Below, one piece after another: positions 36,390 to 46,262 of a stretch of 64,000 bases of DNA. The notes under the pieces were generated by a model. The model was not told where the DNA came from, did not search any database, and was given only the letters and a program-made list of their open reading frames with translations. How positions within the stretch are numbered: position 1 is the stretch's first letter; each line of letters opens with the position of its first letter. Source of the DNA: an uncultured Chloroflexia bacterium (GTDB taxonomy: Bacteria; Chloroflexota; Limnocylindria; Limnocylindrales; CSP1-4); the NCBI GenBank assembly GCA_963766735.1, contig CAVYBU010000007.1, forward strand, positions 352,001-416,000, read 5' to 3'. The position numbers and the translations under genes are program-made.

Positions 36390-36713
36390 CTAGATGAAGT
36401 GCCGCCGGATGAGGGCGACGTTGTTGAAGATGCGGAACCCGAAGTTGATGAGGGCCACGAGATACAGGTCGAGACCCAGCCGGTCGCCGATGAAGGTCAG
36501 GAGAACCGCCACCACGGCGTTGGTGATGAACCCGCTGATGAAGACGCGATTGTCGTAGACCCCGTCGAGTTCGGCGCGCACGGCTCCGAGGACGGAGTCG
36601 AGCGCGGCGAGGATCGCCACGGCCGAATAGCGGGAGAGCTCGTAACTGACGTTGACGTTGAGGACGAGCCCCGCGAGGACGCCGACGAGTAGACCCACGA
36701 GGGGCAGGAACAC
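36390..36713 (-). CDS. small basic membrane protein, DUF1290/Sbp family
   Basis: YSAVAILAALDSVLGAVRA, FISGFITN, RIFNNVALIRR; position between ftsQ and ftsA as in Bacillus. Confidence 0.88.
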   Translation of the reverse strand: MFLPLVGLLVGVLAGLVLNVNVSYELSRYSAVAILAALDSVLGAVRAELDGVYDNRVFISGFITNAVVAVLLTFIGDRLGLDLYLVALINFGFRIFNNVALIRRHFI

Positions 36714-36798
36714 GGGCGGGCAGCCTCCGTCCGGATGAACGCTCCCCTAACGCTACCAGACGCTCGGGTTCCCGTCGGTGCCGGATGGGTAGCGGCGA

Positions 36799-37719
36799 TC
36801 ATGGCTTTGGGGTCGCCGATGGTTCCGGGGCCGGCTCCGAGGTCGACCGCGGGACATACGTACCACTGCGGTCGTCGGCCAGGATCACCTTGAGCACGTC
36901 GTCCTCGCGTCCCAGCAGGAGGTACTGCAGCAGCCGCACCTGGCCCGGGATCAGTTCGGGCGTTCGCAGCGTCGGCGTGTAGAAGCCGAACACCGCCGTC
37001 CAGTCCGTCGGTCGTCCCCGGACCACGAAGCCGTCCGTGTCGTCCACGCGCAGGTCGAGGCCCGCCGCCGAGCTGCCGATGTCCGCCGGCACCAGCGAGC
37101 CGAGCCGCAGGGCGGCGTCGAGGGTCACGGAATCCAGCACCGTCCCGACACCCAGGTTCGCCGAGGCCGCTCGGCGATCGTCGATGACCGGCAGCGCAGC
37201 GCCGTCTGGCCCGGTGCCGTCCAGCTCAGCGAAGGCCAGCCCGGACCCATCCACGAGGTACCGGCGGTCCGCGACCTGCCAGGCCATCAGCGCCACGCGT
37301 TCGGTGACCGCCACCCGGATCTCATCGGGGAGGGCCACGCTCACGTCGGCACCACTCACGGCCGGGATCCCGAGCAGGCGTTGGGCCAGGTCAGCAGTCC
37401 GGACCGCGAACGCGTTGTGGTCATCGGGGACGGCGAGTGCGGCACGGATCTCGCGGTCGGACGTCCATGTCGTCCCCGTCACGTCGATCTGCTGGATTCT
37501 GAAGGCCTCCGTGGTCGCCATGCCGTACAGGCACGCGATGCCGGCCAGGAGCGCAAGCAGGGCTCCCGCGCGAACCGGCGTCAGGCCGGCCGACGCCCGG
37601 CGCACGGGGTGCGTCCGCCGGTTGCGGGTGCCCCCGGGCCGTCCGCCCGGGCGGAGCACGGCGGGGCGGATCGGCCGCGCTGCGGGCGTGGAGCGGCGTC
37701 CGGACGGCCGGTTGATCAT
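36799..37719 (-). CDS. ftsQ: cell division protein FtsQ/DivIB
   Basis: Basic N-terminus, single TM, POTRA-like FRIQQIDVTG...VSVALPDEIRVAVTER; dcw position after ddl. Confidence 0.85.
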   Translation of the reverse strand: MINRPSGRRSTPAARPIRPAVLRPGGRPGGTRNRRTHPVRRASAGLTPVRAGALLALLAGIACLYGMATTEAFRIQQIDVTGTTWTSDREIRAALAVPDDHNAFAVRTADLAQRLLGIPAVSGADVSVALPDEIRVAVTERVALMAWQVADRRYLVDGSGLAFAELDGTGPDGAALPVIDDRRAASANLGVGTVLDSVTLDAALRLGSLVPADIGSSAAGLDLRVDDTDGFVVRGRPTDWTAVFGFYTPTLRTPELIPGQVRLLQYLLLGREDDVLKVILADDRSGTYVPRSTSEPAPEPSATPKP

Positions 37720-38864
37720 CGCGGCAGGTCGGCCGGGGTCAACCGGTGTCGGATGCGGCTGGCGTCGCGCTCCAGAGCAAGGTCGATCACGCGCCGGCAC
37801 ACGGAGGCGAAGTCATAGCCGGCCGCGGCCGGGAGGGTCGGAAAGAGGCTGATCGGGGTGAACCCGGGGATCGTGTTGATCTCCGAGATCACCAGCGCGT
37901 CGCCGGCGAGCAGGAAGTCGACCCGCGCAAAACCCTCGGCACCGATTGCCCGGTACGCGTCGCGGGCCAGCTTGAGGATGGACGCCCGCAGAGCCTGGGT
38001 CACCTCCGCCACCTGGCTCGTCTCGGACATCCCCGGCGTGTACTTCGCCGCGTAGTCGTAGAACTCGTGACCGGACAGGATCTCGCCCGGCCCGTACAGC
38101 TCCAGCGCGTCGGGTTCATTGCCGATGACCGCGACCTCCAGGTCCCGGGCGCCGGCGAGGTACCGCTCCACCAGGACCAGGTCGTCGAACCGGAAGGCCT
38201 GGTCGAGGGCGCCCGCCCGCTCGTCAGCCGTGTGGGCGAGGGTCATCCCGAGCGAGCTGCCCAGGCGCGACGGCTTGACCATGAGCCGCGGGTCGTGCGT
38301 TGCGACGGCGAACGCGGCGAGCTCCGCCAGCACCTCGTCGGGCGCCTGTGCCCAGCGCGACGCCCGCACCTCAACCCAGTCCACGACCGGCAGGCCGAGA
38401 CCACGGACCAGGCGCTTGAAGATCGCCTTGTCCATGCCGAGTGCGCTGGCCGCGACCCCCGACCCGGTATACGGAAGACCCGCGGCCTCGCACATGGCCT
38501 GGACCGTCCCGTCCTCACCGAACGGCCCGTGGAGAGCGAGGAACACGACCGGCCGGTGCCCGTCACCGGACGCCACCAGCTCGGCCAGGGCCGTGGCGGC
38601 GGGCTGCGGCCCAGCGGCTCCGAGCGCGATCGGCTCGTCGTAGGTGGCGGGCGGCCGGCCGTGGCGCCGGTGGTCTGCCGGGAGCCGCCACCAGCCGCCG
38701 CCGAGATCGATCAGCCACTGCGTCACGGGGTAGCCCGAGGCCTCCAGCGCGTCCGCGATCGCCGTCCCCGAGACGATCGACACGTCGTGCTCGGCCGACG
38801 GACCGCCGTACACCACGACCACGGGAGTCTCGGCAGGGACGTGACCCAGCGGCGGCACGGGCAT
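37716..38864 (-). CDS. ddl: D-alanine--D-alanine ligase
   Basis: YGGPSAEHDVSIVS, LHGPFGEDGTVQ, GMDK, VKPSRLGSSLG, FYDYAAKY, SEINTIPGFT. Confidence 0.96.
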   Translation of the reverse strand: MPVPPLGHVPAETPVVVVYGGPSAEHDVSIVSGTAIADALEASGYPVTQWLIDLGGGWWRLPADHRRHGRPPATYDEPIALGAAGPQPAATALAELVASGDGHRPVVFLALHGPFGEDGTVQAMCEAAGLPYTGSGVAASALGMDKAIFKRLVRGLGLPVVDWVEVRASRWAQAPDEVLAELAAFAVATHDPRLMVKPSRLGSSLGMTLAHTADERAGALDQAFRFDDLVLVERYLAGARDLEVAVIGNEPDALELYGPGEILSGHEFYDYAAKYTPGMSETSQVAEVTQALRASILKLARDAYRAIGAEGFARVDFLLAGDALVISEINTIPGFTPISLFPTLPAAAGYDFASVCRRVIDLALERDASRIRHRLTPADLPR

Positions 38865-39841
38865 CAGGCAGTCTCCTCTGGCGGCCAGGCGGACCAGTCG
38901 CCCGCGAACTCGATCTCGAACGCGAGATCGATCCCGTGGCGCTCGCGGACCTCGCGGCGAACGTGCTCCGCGAGGGCCCGGACATCGGCCGCCGTCCCCT
39001 TGCGGTCGTTGACGATGAAGTTGGCGTGCTTCTCGGACACCACCGCACCGCCGATCCGGTGGCCCTTGAGCCCGAGGATATCGATCAACCGGCCGGCGGA
39101 GTCGCCCGGCGGGTTCCGGAAGACGCTGCCGGCTGACGGGATCCCGAGCGGCTGGTGCTCGCGGCGCCACCGCCGGATCTCGTCCAGCCGCGCCCGGATC
39201 TCGTCCGGGTCGGCCGGGCGCAGGTGGAACACGGCGCCCAGGACGATCTCCGCTGGCCCGGCATCGCCGGCGGGACCACTCGCGACGGCGTCCTTGAACC
39301 GGCTGTGGCGGTACGAGAGGCCAAGCTCATCGACCGGCATCTCGCGCTCCGAGCCATCGCCCATGAGGACGGTCGCCGATTCCAGCACGCCCGCCGTGTC
39401 GCTGCCGTGTGCCCCGGCGTTGGCCCACACCGCGCCGCCGACCGTGCCCGGGATCGCGAGGCCGTACTCCAGCCCGGCCAGGCCCGCCCCCTGCGTCTCC
39501 GTGGCGGCCCGCGCCATCGGAACGCCGGCCTCGGCGTGGTACCGCTCCCCATCCACCCGCGACGCCTCGGCCTTCACGTGGATCACGAGGCCCCGCAGTC
39601 CCGCGTCCGAGATCACCAGGTTGCTGCCCCGCCCCAGGATCGCGAACGGAATCTCACGAGCGCGCGCGTACCTGACCAGGGCCCGCAACTCGAACGCGTT
39701 GTGCGCCACCGTGAACAGGTCGGCCGGACCACCCACCCGCATCGTGGTGAAGCGGGCCAGCGGCTCGTCCCGGACGGTCTTGACGCCGATGCGGCGCTGG
39801 ATCTCCGTGCCGGAGGCGAACGGGTCGAACGCGGCGGTCAC
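38864..39841 (-). CDS. murB: UDP-N-acetylenolpyruvoylglucosamine reductase
   Basis: FTTMRVGGPA, LGRGSNL, IPGTVGGAVWANAGA, PSAGSVFRNP, SEKHANF. Confidence 0.96.
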   Translation of the reverse strand: MTAAFDPFASGTEIQRRIGVKTVRDEPLARFTTMRVGGPADLFTVAHNAFELRALVRYARAREIPFAILGRGSNLVISDAGLRGLVIHVKAEASRVDGERYHAEAGVPMARAATETQGAGLAGLEYGLAIPGTVGGAVWANAGAHGSDTAGVLESATVLMGDGSEREMPVDELGLSYRHSRFKDAVASGPAGDAGPAEIVLGAVFHLRPADPDEIRARLDEIRRWRREHQPLGIPSAGSVFRNPPGDSAGRLIDILGLKGHRIGGAVVSEKHANFIVNDRKGTAADVRALAEHVRREVRERHGIDLAFEIEFAGDWSAWPPEETA

Positions 39842-40986
39842 GTCCTGCTCCCGCGCGCGGCAGCGTCAACATCGGCCTGGGCCGGCAGCGCCGAGCGGAG
39901 GGCGACCGCCATGACCAGGTCCCCAACGGCGGCGGCGGCGGCCGGTCTGGCCGCATCTCGGGCCGCGGCGGACATCAGCGCGTGGCGCGAGGGATCGGCC
40001 AGCAGCCCTGCGACGTCGACCAGGCGATCCGCGTCGAACTCCTCATCCTCGATCAGGACGGCCGCGCCCGTTTCCGCGTACGCCTCCGCGTTGCGACGCT
40101 GGTGCCCCGCCGCGTGCGGGTACGGGACGATCGCGGTCGGCAGCGCGAACGCCGCCGCCTCCGCCAGCGTGGACGCCCCGGCTCTGCCGACCGCCAGGTC
40201 CGCGGCGGCGAGCGCATCGGTCATCTCGTCGTGGAGGAACGCGAACGGCCGGTAGCGGTCCTGCAGGTCCACCGGCAGCTCCTCCCGTGCCGCGATCGCC
40301 GGTCCGTACCCGGCGTCGCCGGTCACGTGCACCACGCGGACGCGCTCCACCAGCCGCGGCAGCGCCGCCAGGACCGCCTCGTTGATCCGGCGCACGGCCT
40401 GTGACCCGCCGAACACCAGCAGGATGCGCTCGCCCGGACCACCCCCGAAACGGGCCCGCGCGGCGTCCACGTCCACACCCCCCAGGGAGCGGATCGGCGT
40501 GCCGGTCACGTAGGTCCGGGGATGGCCGAGCGCCCCGGCCGTCTCCGGATGGCTGACGGCGACGACCGTGGCCCACCCCGCGACGAGGCGGACGCTCCGG
40601 CCCGGGACCACGTTCCCATCCCACAGCACGGTCGGGATCCGCAGGAACCGGGCCGCCAGCATCGTCGGGATGGCCACGTAGCCGCCGGTGGTGAAGACCG
40701 CGGCCGGGCGCCGTGTGAGCAGCAGGATCAGGGCCTGCGGGATCGACAGGGCGAGGCGGATTGGGTCCAGCACGAGGTGCGCGTCGCGACCCACGGACCG
40801 GAGCGAGCGCAGGACGAGCCGGCGGAGCGGGATCCCGGCCCCGGGGACGATCGTCCCCTCCAGGCCGCGATGACCGCCGAGCCAGGCGAGGTCAGGCGCG
40901 CCGGCTCGAGCGCGGAGCGACCGGGCGACGGCGAGGGCCGGGTAGATGTGACCGCCCGTTCCCCCGCCCGCGATCAGCAGGCGCAT
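39838..40986 (-). CDS. murG: lipid I GlcNAc transferase
   Basis: AGGGTGGHIYPAL, TGGYV, FGGSQ, RAGASTLAE, HQRRNA. Confidence 0.96.
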   Translation of the reverse strand: MRLLIAGGGTGGHIYPALAVARSLRARAGAPDLAWLGGHRGLEGTIVPGAGIPLRRLVLRSLRSVGRDAHLVLDPIRLALSIPQALILLLTRRPAAVFTTGGYVAIPTMLAARFLRIPTVLWDGNVVPGRSVRLVAGWATVVAVSHPETAGALGHPRTYVTGTPIRSLGGVDVDAARARFGGGPGERILLVFGGSQAVRRINEAVLAALPRLVERVRVVHVTGDAGYGPAIAAREELPVDLQDRYRPFAFLHDEMTDALAAADLAVGRAGASTLAEAAAFALPTAIVPYPHAAGHQRRNAEAYAETGAAVLIEDEEFDADRLVDVAGLLADPSRHALMSAAARDAARPAAAAAVGDLVMAVALRSALPAQADVDAAARGSRT

Positions 40987-42166
40987 CGTTCCAGGTTCCT
41001 TTCTCGACGGTCTCTCGCGATATGGAGAGCAGGATGCCCACGGCGGCAAAGCTGACGATCAGCGAGGAACCGCCGGCCGAGACGAACGGCAGCGGGATGC
41101 CCGTGACGGGGATCAGCCCCACCACGACGCCGATGTTGATGAAGGCCTGGATGCAGATCCAGGCAGTGATCCCTGCGGCCAGCAGGGCTCCGAACGTGTC
41201 CGGTGCCCCCAGCGACGTGCGGATGCCGAGATACCCGACGGTCAGGAACAGGACGATCACCAGCCCGCCGCCAAGCAGGCCAAACTCCTCGCCGATGATC
41301 GCGAAGATGAAGTCGTTGGAGGCGTTGGGCAGGAACAGGCCGCCCGCCAGACGGCTCTCACCAAGGCCCGCCCCCAGGAGGCCGCCCAGCGCCAGCGCCA
41401 GGTAGCCCTGGATGCTGTGGAACCCGAGACCAGACGGGGATTTCCATGGGTCCAGCCAGGCCGTGATCCGGTCCACCTGGTAGCCCTGCAGGAACATGGC
41501 GGCCACGAGCGGCACCGCGGCGACCGCCATCGCGACCAGGTGGAGCACGTTCGCGCCGGCCAGGAAGAACATCGTGAAGGCCGTGAACGCGAGCACGGAC
41601 GACGTGCCGAGGTCCGGCTCCAGGAGGACCATGACGACGACTGGCGCGACGATCACGAGGAACGGCACCGTGCCTGACCAGAACCCGTGGACCGCGCTCC
41701 CCCGCTTGGCGAACCAGTGGGCGAGGTAGATCACCAGGGCCAGCTTCATGAACTCGGCCGGGTGGACGGCCGGCAGCGGGCCGATCTTGAGCCATCTCGC
41801 CGATCCACCGATGACGACGTTGAGCGCCGGGACGAAGACGAGGATGAGACCGACGATGGCGATCAGGAACAACGGGACGGAGGCCACTCGGAGCCAGCGG
41901 TAGTCCACCCTCATCATCACGACCATCGCCACCATGCCGATCGCCGCCCACAGGATCTGGGGTCCGACGATCGCGAATGTGTCCGCCTCCTTGGACAGGA
42001 AAGCCTTCATCGCCGACGACGAATAGACCATCAGGATCCCGATAGCCGCCAGGGCGACGACCGCGACGACGATCCCGTACTCGGGTTCGTGCCGCTCGCG
42101 CTGGAGGGTGTCCTTCGGCCGTGACCGGGTGATCGTGCGCGGGATCGACAGGGGCGTCGTGCTCAT
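40892..42166 (-). CDS. ftsW: SEDS peptidoglycan polymerase FtsW
   Basis: MVYSSS, GSARW, PAEFMK, EPDLG, NDFIFAIIGEEFG, PVTGIPLPFVSAGGSS. Confidence 0.96.
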   Translation of the reverse strand: MSTTPLSIPRTITRSRPKDTLQRERHEPEYGIVVAVVALAAIGILMVYSSSAMKAFLSKEADTFAIVGPQILWAAIGMVAMVVMMRVDYRWLRVASVPLFLIAIVGLILVFVPALNVVIGGSARWLKIGPLPAVHPAEFMKLALVIYLAHWFAKRGSAVHGFWSGTVPFLVIVAPVVVMVLLEPDLGTSSVLAFTAFTMFFLAGANVLHLVAMAVAAVPLVAAMFLQGYQVDRITAWLDPWKSPSGLGFHSIQGYLALALGGLLGAGLGESRLAGGLFLPNASNDFIFAIIGEEFGLLGGGLVIVLFLTVGYLGIRTSLGAPDTFGALLAAGITAWICIQAFINIGVVVGLIPVTGIPLPFVSAGGSSLIVSFAAVGILLSISRETVEKGTWNDAPADRGRGNGRSHLPGPRRRPVAPRSSRRA

Positions 42167-43713
42167 GCGGGTCCTCCGGCACCGGGTTCGCGACCCGCGA
42201 GGTGAGCGACCGCGGCAATGAACGCGCGGCCCCGTGCCGCGTAGTCCTCGAACATGTCGAACGACGCGGCCGCCGGGCTCAGGAGCACGGTGGCGACGGT
42301 CCCCTCAGGAGATCCCGCCAGGGCATCGCGGGCCAGCTCGGCAGCGACCGCCACGGCCTCGTCCATGGACGCGGCCCGCCGGGTACGCGCCAGACCGGCC
42401 GCGCGGAGGAGGCCCTCGATCATCGGGCCGCTCTCGCCGATGAGCACGGCTGCGTGGGCGCTCACGGCGGCGACCCGCGCCATCCCGGAGAGGTCCACGC
42501 CCTTGTCGCGGCCACCAGCGATCAGCACCACCGGGGCCGGGAACGCCCGCAGCGCCGCCATCACCGCGTCGGGCTGCGTTCCCTGCGAGTCGTCGACGAA
42601 GCGGACACCGTCCAGGAGCGCCACGGGCTGGAGCCGGTGCTCCACGCCGGTGAAGGCGGCAGCCGAGCGCCGTATGGCATCTGGGGCAACGCCAAACAGC
42701 AGGCCCACGGCGATGGCCGCCAGCGCGTTGGACACGTTGTGGCGCCCTGGGATGCCCAGCTCGTCCACGGGCATGATCCCGCCGCCCGGACCGGTGGCTG
42801 CCGTCCCGCCGCCGGCCAGCGGCAGTCGCTCCACGGCAGCGGACACGATCCACCCCTCCACCACACCCAGACCGCCCGGCAGCGGCCGATCGTGCCGGTA
42901 CAGCACGATCGGGGCCGTCCCGAGCCCCGCGTAGCCGCCAACCACCGGGTCCTCGATGTTGAGCACGAGCGCGCCATCCGGGTCCACCAGCTCCGCCAGG
43001 CGCCGCTTGACCCGCCGATAGGCGTCCACGTTCCCATGCCGGTCCAGGTGATCCGACGTCACGTTGGTGTAGACCGCCACGGTGGTGCCGCGGGAGAGCG
43101 CCGGCAGCTGCAGCTCGGACAGCTCGACCACCACGCGGTGATCCGGGGTGAGCTCCGGCAGCCGCTCCACCAGCGGAATGCCGATGTTCCCGCCCAGGAG
43201 CGCCGGGTGGAGTGGGTCCGCAGACAGGATCGCGTGCGCGAGCGAGGACGTCGTGGTCTTGCCCTTGGTCCCCGTCACGCCGATTGTCGGGGCCGGGCAC
43301 AGACGCAGGAACAGGTCGGACTCCGAGACCAGCGGCGGAGCGCCGGGGTCGCCCGAGGCATGCGCGGCAACCAGAGCCTGCAGCTGCGAGCGCAGGCGCG
43401 GCTCCGTGGTCGGGTAGTCGGGGGTGATCGAAGGCGAGGTGGCAACGAGGTGGGCGCCGGCCCAGGTGGTCCCGGGGTCAATGCCCGGGCCCAGCCGCAG
43501 CGTCACGTCGCGCCCGGCCAGCTGTTCGATCGCACGCCCCAGGTCATCCTCGGGCCTGCCGTCGTACACGGTCACGCGGGCACCTGCGTCCGCGAAGAAC
43601 CGCGCCAGCGCTATCCCGCTGCGGGCCAGCCCCAGCACGGTGACCGGGCGCCCATCGAAGGCACCGGCACGAACGTCGGCCAGCGTCAGGGCGTCGAGGT
43701 CGAGATGGCGCAC
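42163..43713 (-). CDS. murD: UDP-MurNAc-L-Ala--D-Glu ligase
   Basis: VLGLARSG, GVTGTKGKTTT, GGNIG, DHLDRH, HRLQ, LIAGGRDKG, LLSPAAASFDMF. Confidence 0.95.
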   Translation of the reverse strand: MRHLDLDALTLADVRAGAFDGRPVTVLGLARSGIALARFFADAGARVTVYDGRPEDDLGRAIEQLAGRDVTLRLGPGIDPGTTWAGAHLVATSPSITPDYPTTEPRLRSQLQALVAAHASGDPGAPPLVSESDLFLRLCPAPTIGVTGTKGKTTTSSLAHAILSADPLHPALLGGNIGIPLVERLPELTPDHRVVVELSELQLPALSRGTTVAVYTNVTSDHLDRHGNVDAYRRVKRRLAELVDPDGALVLNIEDPVVGGYAGLGTAPIVLYRHDRPLPGGLGVVEGWIVSAAVERLPLAGGGTAATGPGGGIMPVDELGIPGRHNVSNALAAIAVGLLFGVAPDAIRRSAAAFTGVEHRLQPVALLDGVRFVDDSQGTQPDAVMAALRAFPAPVVLIAGGRDKGVDLSGMARVAAVSAHAAVLIGESGPMIEGLLRAAGLARTRRAASMDEAVAVAAELARDALAGSPEGTVATVLLSPAAASFDMFEDYAARGRAFIAAVAHLAGREPGAGGPA

Positions 43714-43723
43714 CGCGCCGGCC

Positions 43724-44704
43724 TCAGTTGAGCGCACGGATGGAAGCCATGAACAGCGTGACACCCATGAGCCCCGCCAGGATGCCCACGATCCAGAACC
43801 GGAGCGTGATCTTCTCCTCGTCCCAGCCGCCCAGCTCGAAGTGGTGGTGGAGGGGCGCCATCCTGAACACGCGCTTCCCGCCCGAGAGCTTGAAGTAGCC
43901 GATCTGGATGATGTCCGACATCGTCTCGACGACGAAGATGAGACCGATGATCGGCAGGACGAGGATCTGGCCCGTGATGAGCGCGATGACGGCCAGGGTC
44001 GCCCCGAGCGAGAGCGATCCCGAGTCCCCCATGAACACCTGGGCCGGGTGGACGTTGAACCACAGGAACCCGAGCAGCGCGCCGATGATCAGGGCGCACA
44101 GGAAGGCCAGGTTCGGCTGGGCCGGCACATTGAGCAGCGCGATGATCATGAACGACACGAAGGCGAAGGCGAGCGTCCCGCCGGCCAGCCCATCGAGGCC
44201 GTCCGTGATGTTCACGCCGTTCGACGCCGCCACGATCGCGAACGCCGCGAAGAAGACGTAGACGACGGGGTCGATCCCGACGTCGCCGATGAACGGGACG
44301 CGGATCGCGGTGATCTGGTACGTGCTCTGGATCTGGAACGCGACCACGAGCGCCACCACGGACTGCCACAGCAGCTTCTGCCGGGCGCGGATCCCCTCGC
44401 CGGTCCGGGCGTTGAGGTAGTCGTCCGCGGCGCCCAGGAGGGCGACCAGAGCCAGCGTCGCAAGCGGCGCGATGACGCCGCCCTCGACTGGCCAGCGCAG
44501 GAGCAGGAAGATGCCGAGAACCACCGCGATGACCAGGAGGCCACCCATGGTGGGCGTTCCCCGCTTCACCATGTGGCTCTGCGGGCCCTCCTCCCGGATC
44601 TGCTTCGCGAAGCCGAAGTGCTGGAGCAGCCGGATGTAGGGCGGCATCAGGATCACGACCAGCGCGAACGCCAGCAGCAGGCCCTGGATCAGCTCCAGCG
44701 TCAC
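43724..44704 (-). CDS. mraY: phospho-MurNAc-pentapeptide transferase
   Basis: KRGTPTMGG, GAADD, NGVNITDGLDGLA, VFMGDSGS, MAPLHHHFE. Confidence 0.97.
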   Translation of the reverse strand: MTLELIQGLLLAFALVVILMPPYIRLLQHFGFAKQIREEGPQSHMVKRGTPTMGGLLVIAVVLGIFLLLRWPVEGGVIAPLATLALVALLGAADDYLNARTGEGIRARQKLLWQSVVALVVAFQIQSTYQITAIRVPFIGDVGIDPVVYVFFAAFAIVAASNGVNITDGLDGLAGGTLAFAFVSFMIIALLNVPAQPNLAFLCALIIGALLGFLWFNVHPAQVFMGDSGSLSLGATLAVIALITGQILVLPIIGLIFVVETMSDIIQIGYFKLSGGKRVFRMAPLHHHFELGGWDEEKITLRFWIVGILAGLMGVTLFMASIRALN

Positions 44705-46236
44705 GCGCCTGCCTCCGGACCGCCCAGGGCCGCCACCAGGCCGTCGACCACGCGCTCCAGCTCCACGCCGCGCGACGCCTTGACCAGCACGATGTCGCCG
44801 GGGACGAGCCGGGGACGCAGGACCTCCACGGCGGCAGCCGCATCCGGGACCGCGAGGATTCGATCCTCGGCCAGCCCTGCGGACCGTGCCCCCACAACGA
44901 TCTCTGCGGCCGCGCCGCCGGATTCACCGTCCACGACGACCAACAGGTCGAGCACTTTGCCCGCAGCCTCGCCGACCTCGCGATGGCCGGCGTCATGGAC
45001 CGACCCGAGCTCCCGCAGCTCGCCCAGCACGGCGATGCGGCGACCGGGCAGCCCGGCGATCAGCTCCAGGGCCGCCCGCACGGAGCCGGGTGCCGCGTTG
45101 TAGGAGTCGTCCACGATCACCACACCCGCGGCCCGGATCACAACAGACCGGTGCGGAGCCGTGGAGGGGGCCGCCAGGCCCGGCACCACCTCGTCCAGGC
45201 CCATCCCGGCAGCCAGGCCCGCAGCGACGGCCGCCAGGCCGTTGTGGACCGCGAGCCGCCCCAGGGCCCCGATCGAGACCTGCCGCGACCCATCGGGCGT
45301 CACCAGCCGGAAGCGCATGCCATCGAACCCGGCGGACACAACGTCGGCCGCGCGGACGTCCGCGGCGGGCGTGAAGCCGTACGTGACCACGCGAGCGCGG
45401 GTGCGTCCGGCCATGCCCAGCACGAGTGTGTCATCGGCGTTGAGGATCGCGATCCCGCCGTCGGCAGCGGCCGGCAGCGCTTCGAGCAGCTCGGCCTTCG
45501 CGTCCACGATGGCGTCGATGGACCCGATCCGGGACAGGTGGACGGGCTGGATCGCGGTCACGATGCCGATGGACGGCAGCCCGATATCAGCCAGGTCGCG
45601 GATCTCGCCCCCGGTGTACATGCCCATCTCGAGGACCGCGGCGCCATGCTGAGGCCCCAGGCGGAGCACTGTCAGCGGCAGGCCCACCTCGTTGTTCTGG
45701 TTGCCCTCGGTCCGCAACGTCGGGAACCGGCGGGACAGCACGCCAGCCACCGCTTCCTTGGTGGAGGTCTTGGCGATGCTGCCCGTGACACCGACGACGA
45801 GCGGGTCGAAGCGGCGGCGCCACGACGCCGCCACCGCGTGGAGCGCACGAAGCGGGTCGGTCACCTGGATCACGGTGACGTCGCCCAGCGACTCGAGCGT
45901 GGGTTCGCCTGCTCCGATGTCCGGCTTGCGACCCACCAGGAGAGCGACGGCCCCGGCCGCGACCGCAGCACCCAGGTACCGGTGCCCGTCGGTCCGCTCG
46001 CCCGGGAGCGCCACGAACAGGGTCCCCGGCATCACCAGGCGCGAGTCGACAGCGCCACCGCGCGCGGTTCGCCCACTCCGAAGCAGCAGCCGCCCGCCCG
46101 TGGACGCAAGCAGGTCATCGGCCGACAGCGACGGGCCGGCGTCGGGCGCGCCGGGGACCGCGGGGGTCGTCGCAGAAGCATCGCCACGGTGGCGATCGGG
46201 AGGGTCGGGAACGGGCGACCGTCCGGGTTTCGTCAC
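44701..46236 (-). CDS. murF: UDP-MurNAc-tripeptide--D-Ala-D-Ala ligase
   Basis: DSR, LFVALPGERTDGH, GVTGSIAKTSTKE, NNEVGLPLT, EMGM, DDSYNA, LVKASRG. Start may be 46266 (GTGA overlap). Confidence 0.94.
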   Translation of the reverse strand: MTKPGRSPVPDPPDRHRGDASATTPAVPGAPDAGPSLSADDLLASTGGRLLLRSGRTARGGAVDSRLVMPGTLFVALPGERTDGHRYLGAAVAAGAVALLVGRKPDIGAGEPTLESLGDVTVIQVTDPLRALHAVAASWRRRFDPLVVGVTGSIAKTSTKEAVAGVLSRRFPTLRTEGNQNNEVGLPLTVLRLGPQHGAAVLEMGMYTGGEIRDLADIGLPSIGIVTAIQPVHLSRIGSIDAIVDAKAELLEALPAAADGGIAILNADDTLVLGMAGRTRARVVTYGFTPAADVRAADVVSAGFDGMRFRLVTPDGSRQVSIGALGRLAVHNGLAAVAAGLAAGMGLDEVVPGLAAPSTAPHRSVVIRAAGVVIVDDSYNAAPGSVRAALELIAGLPGRRIAVLGELRELGSVHDAGHREVGEAAGKVLDLLVVVDGESGGAAAEIVVGARSAGLAEDRILAVPDAAAAVEVLRPRLVPGDIVLVKASRGVELERVVDGLVAALGGPEAGA

Positions 46237-46262
46237 GTCCGCGAGTGTCGCACAGGCGGCGG

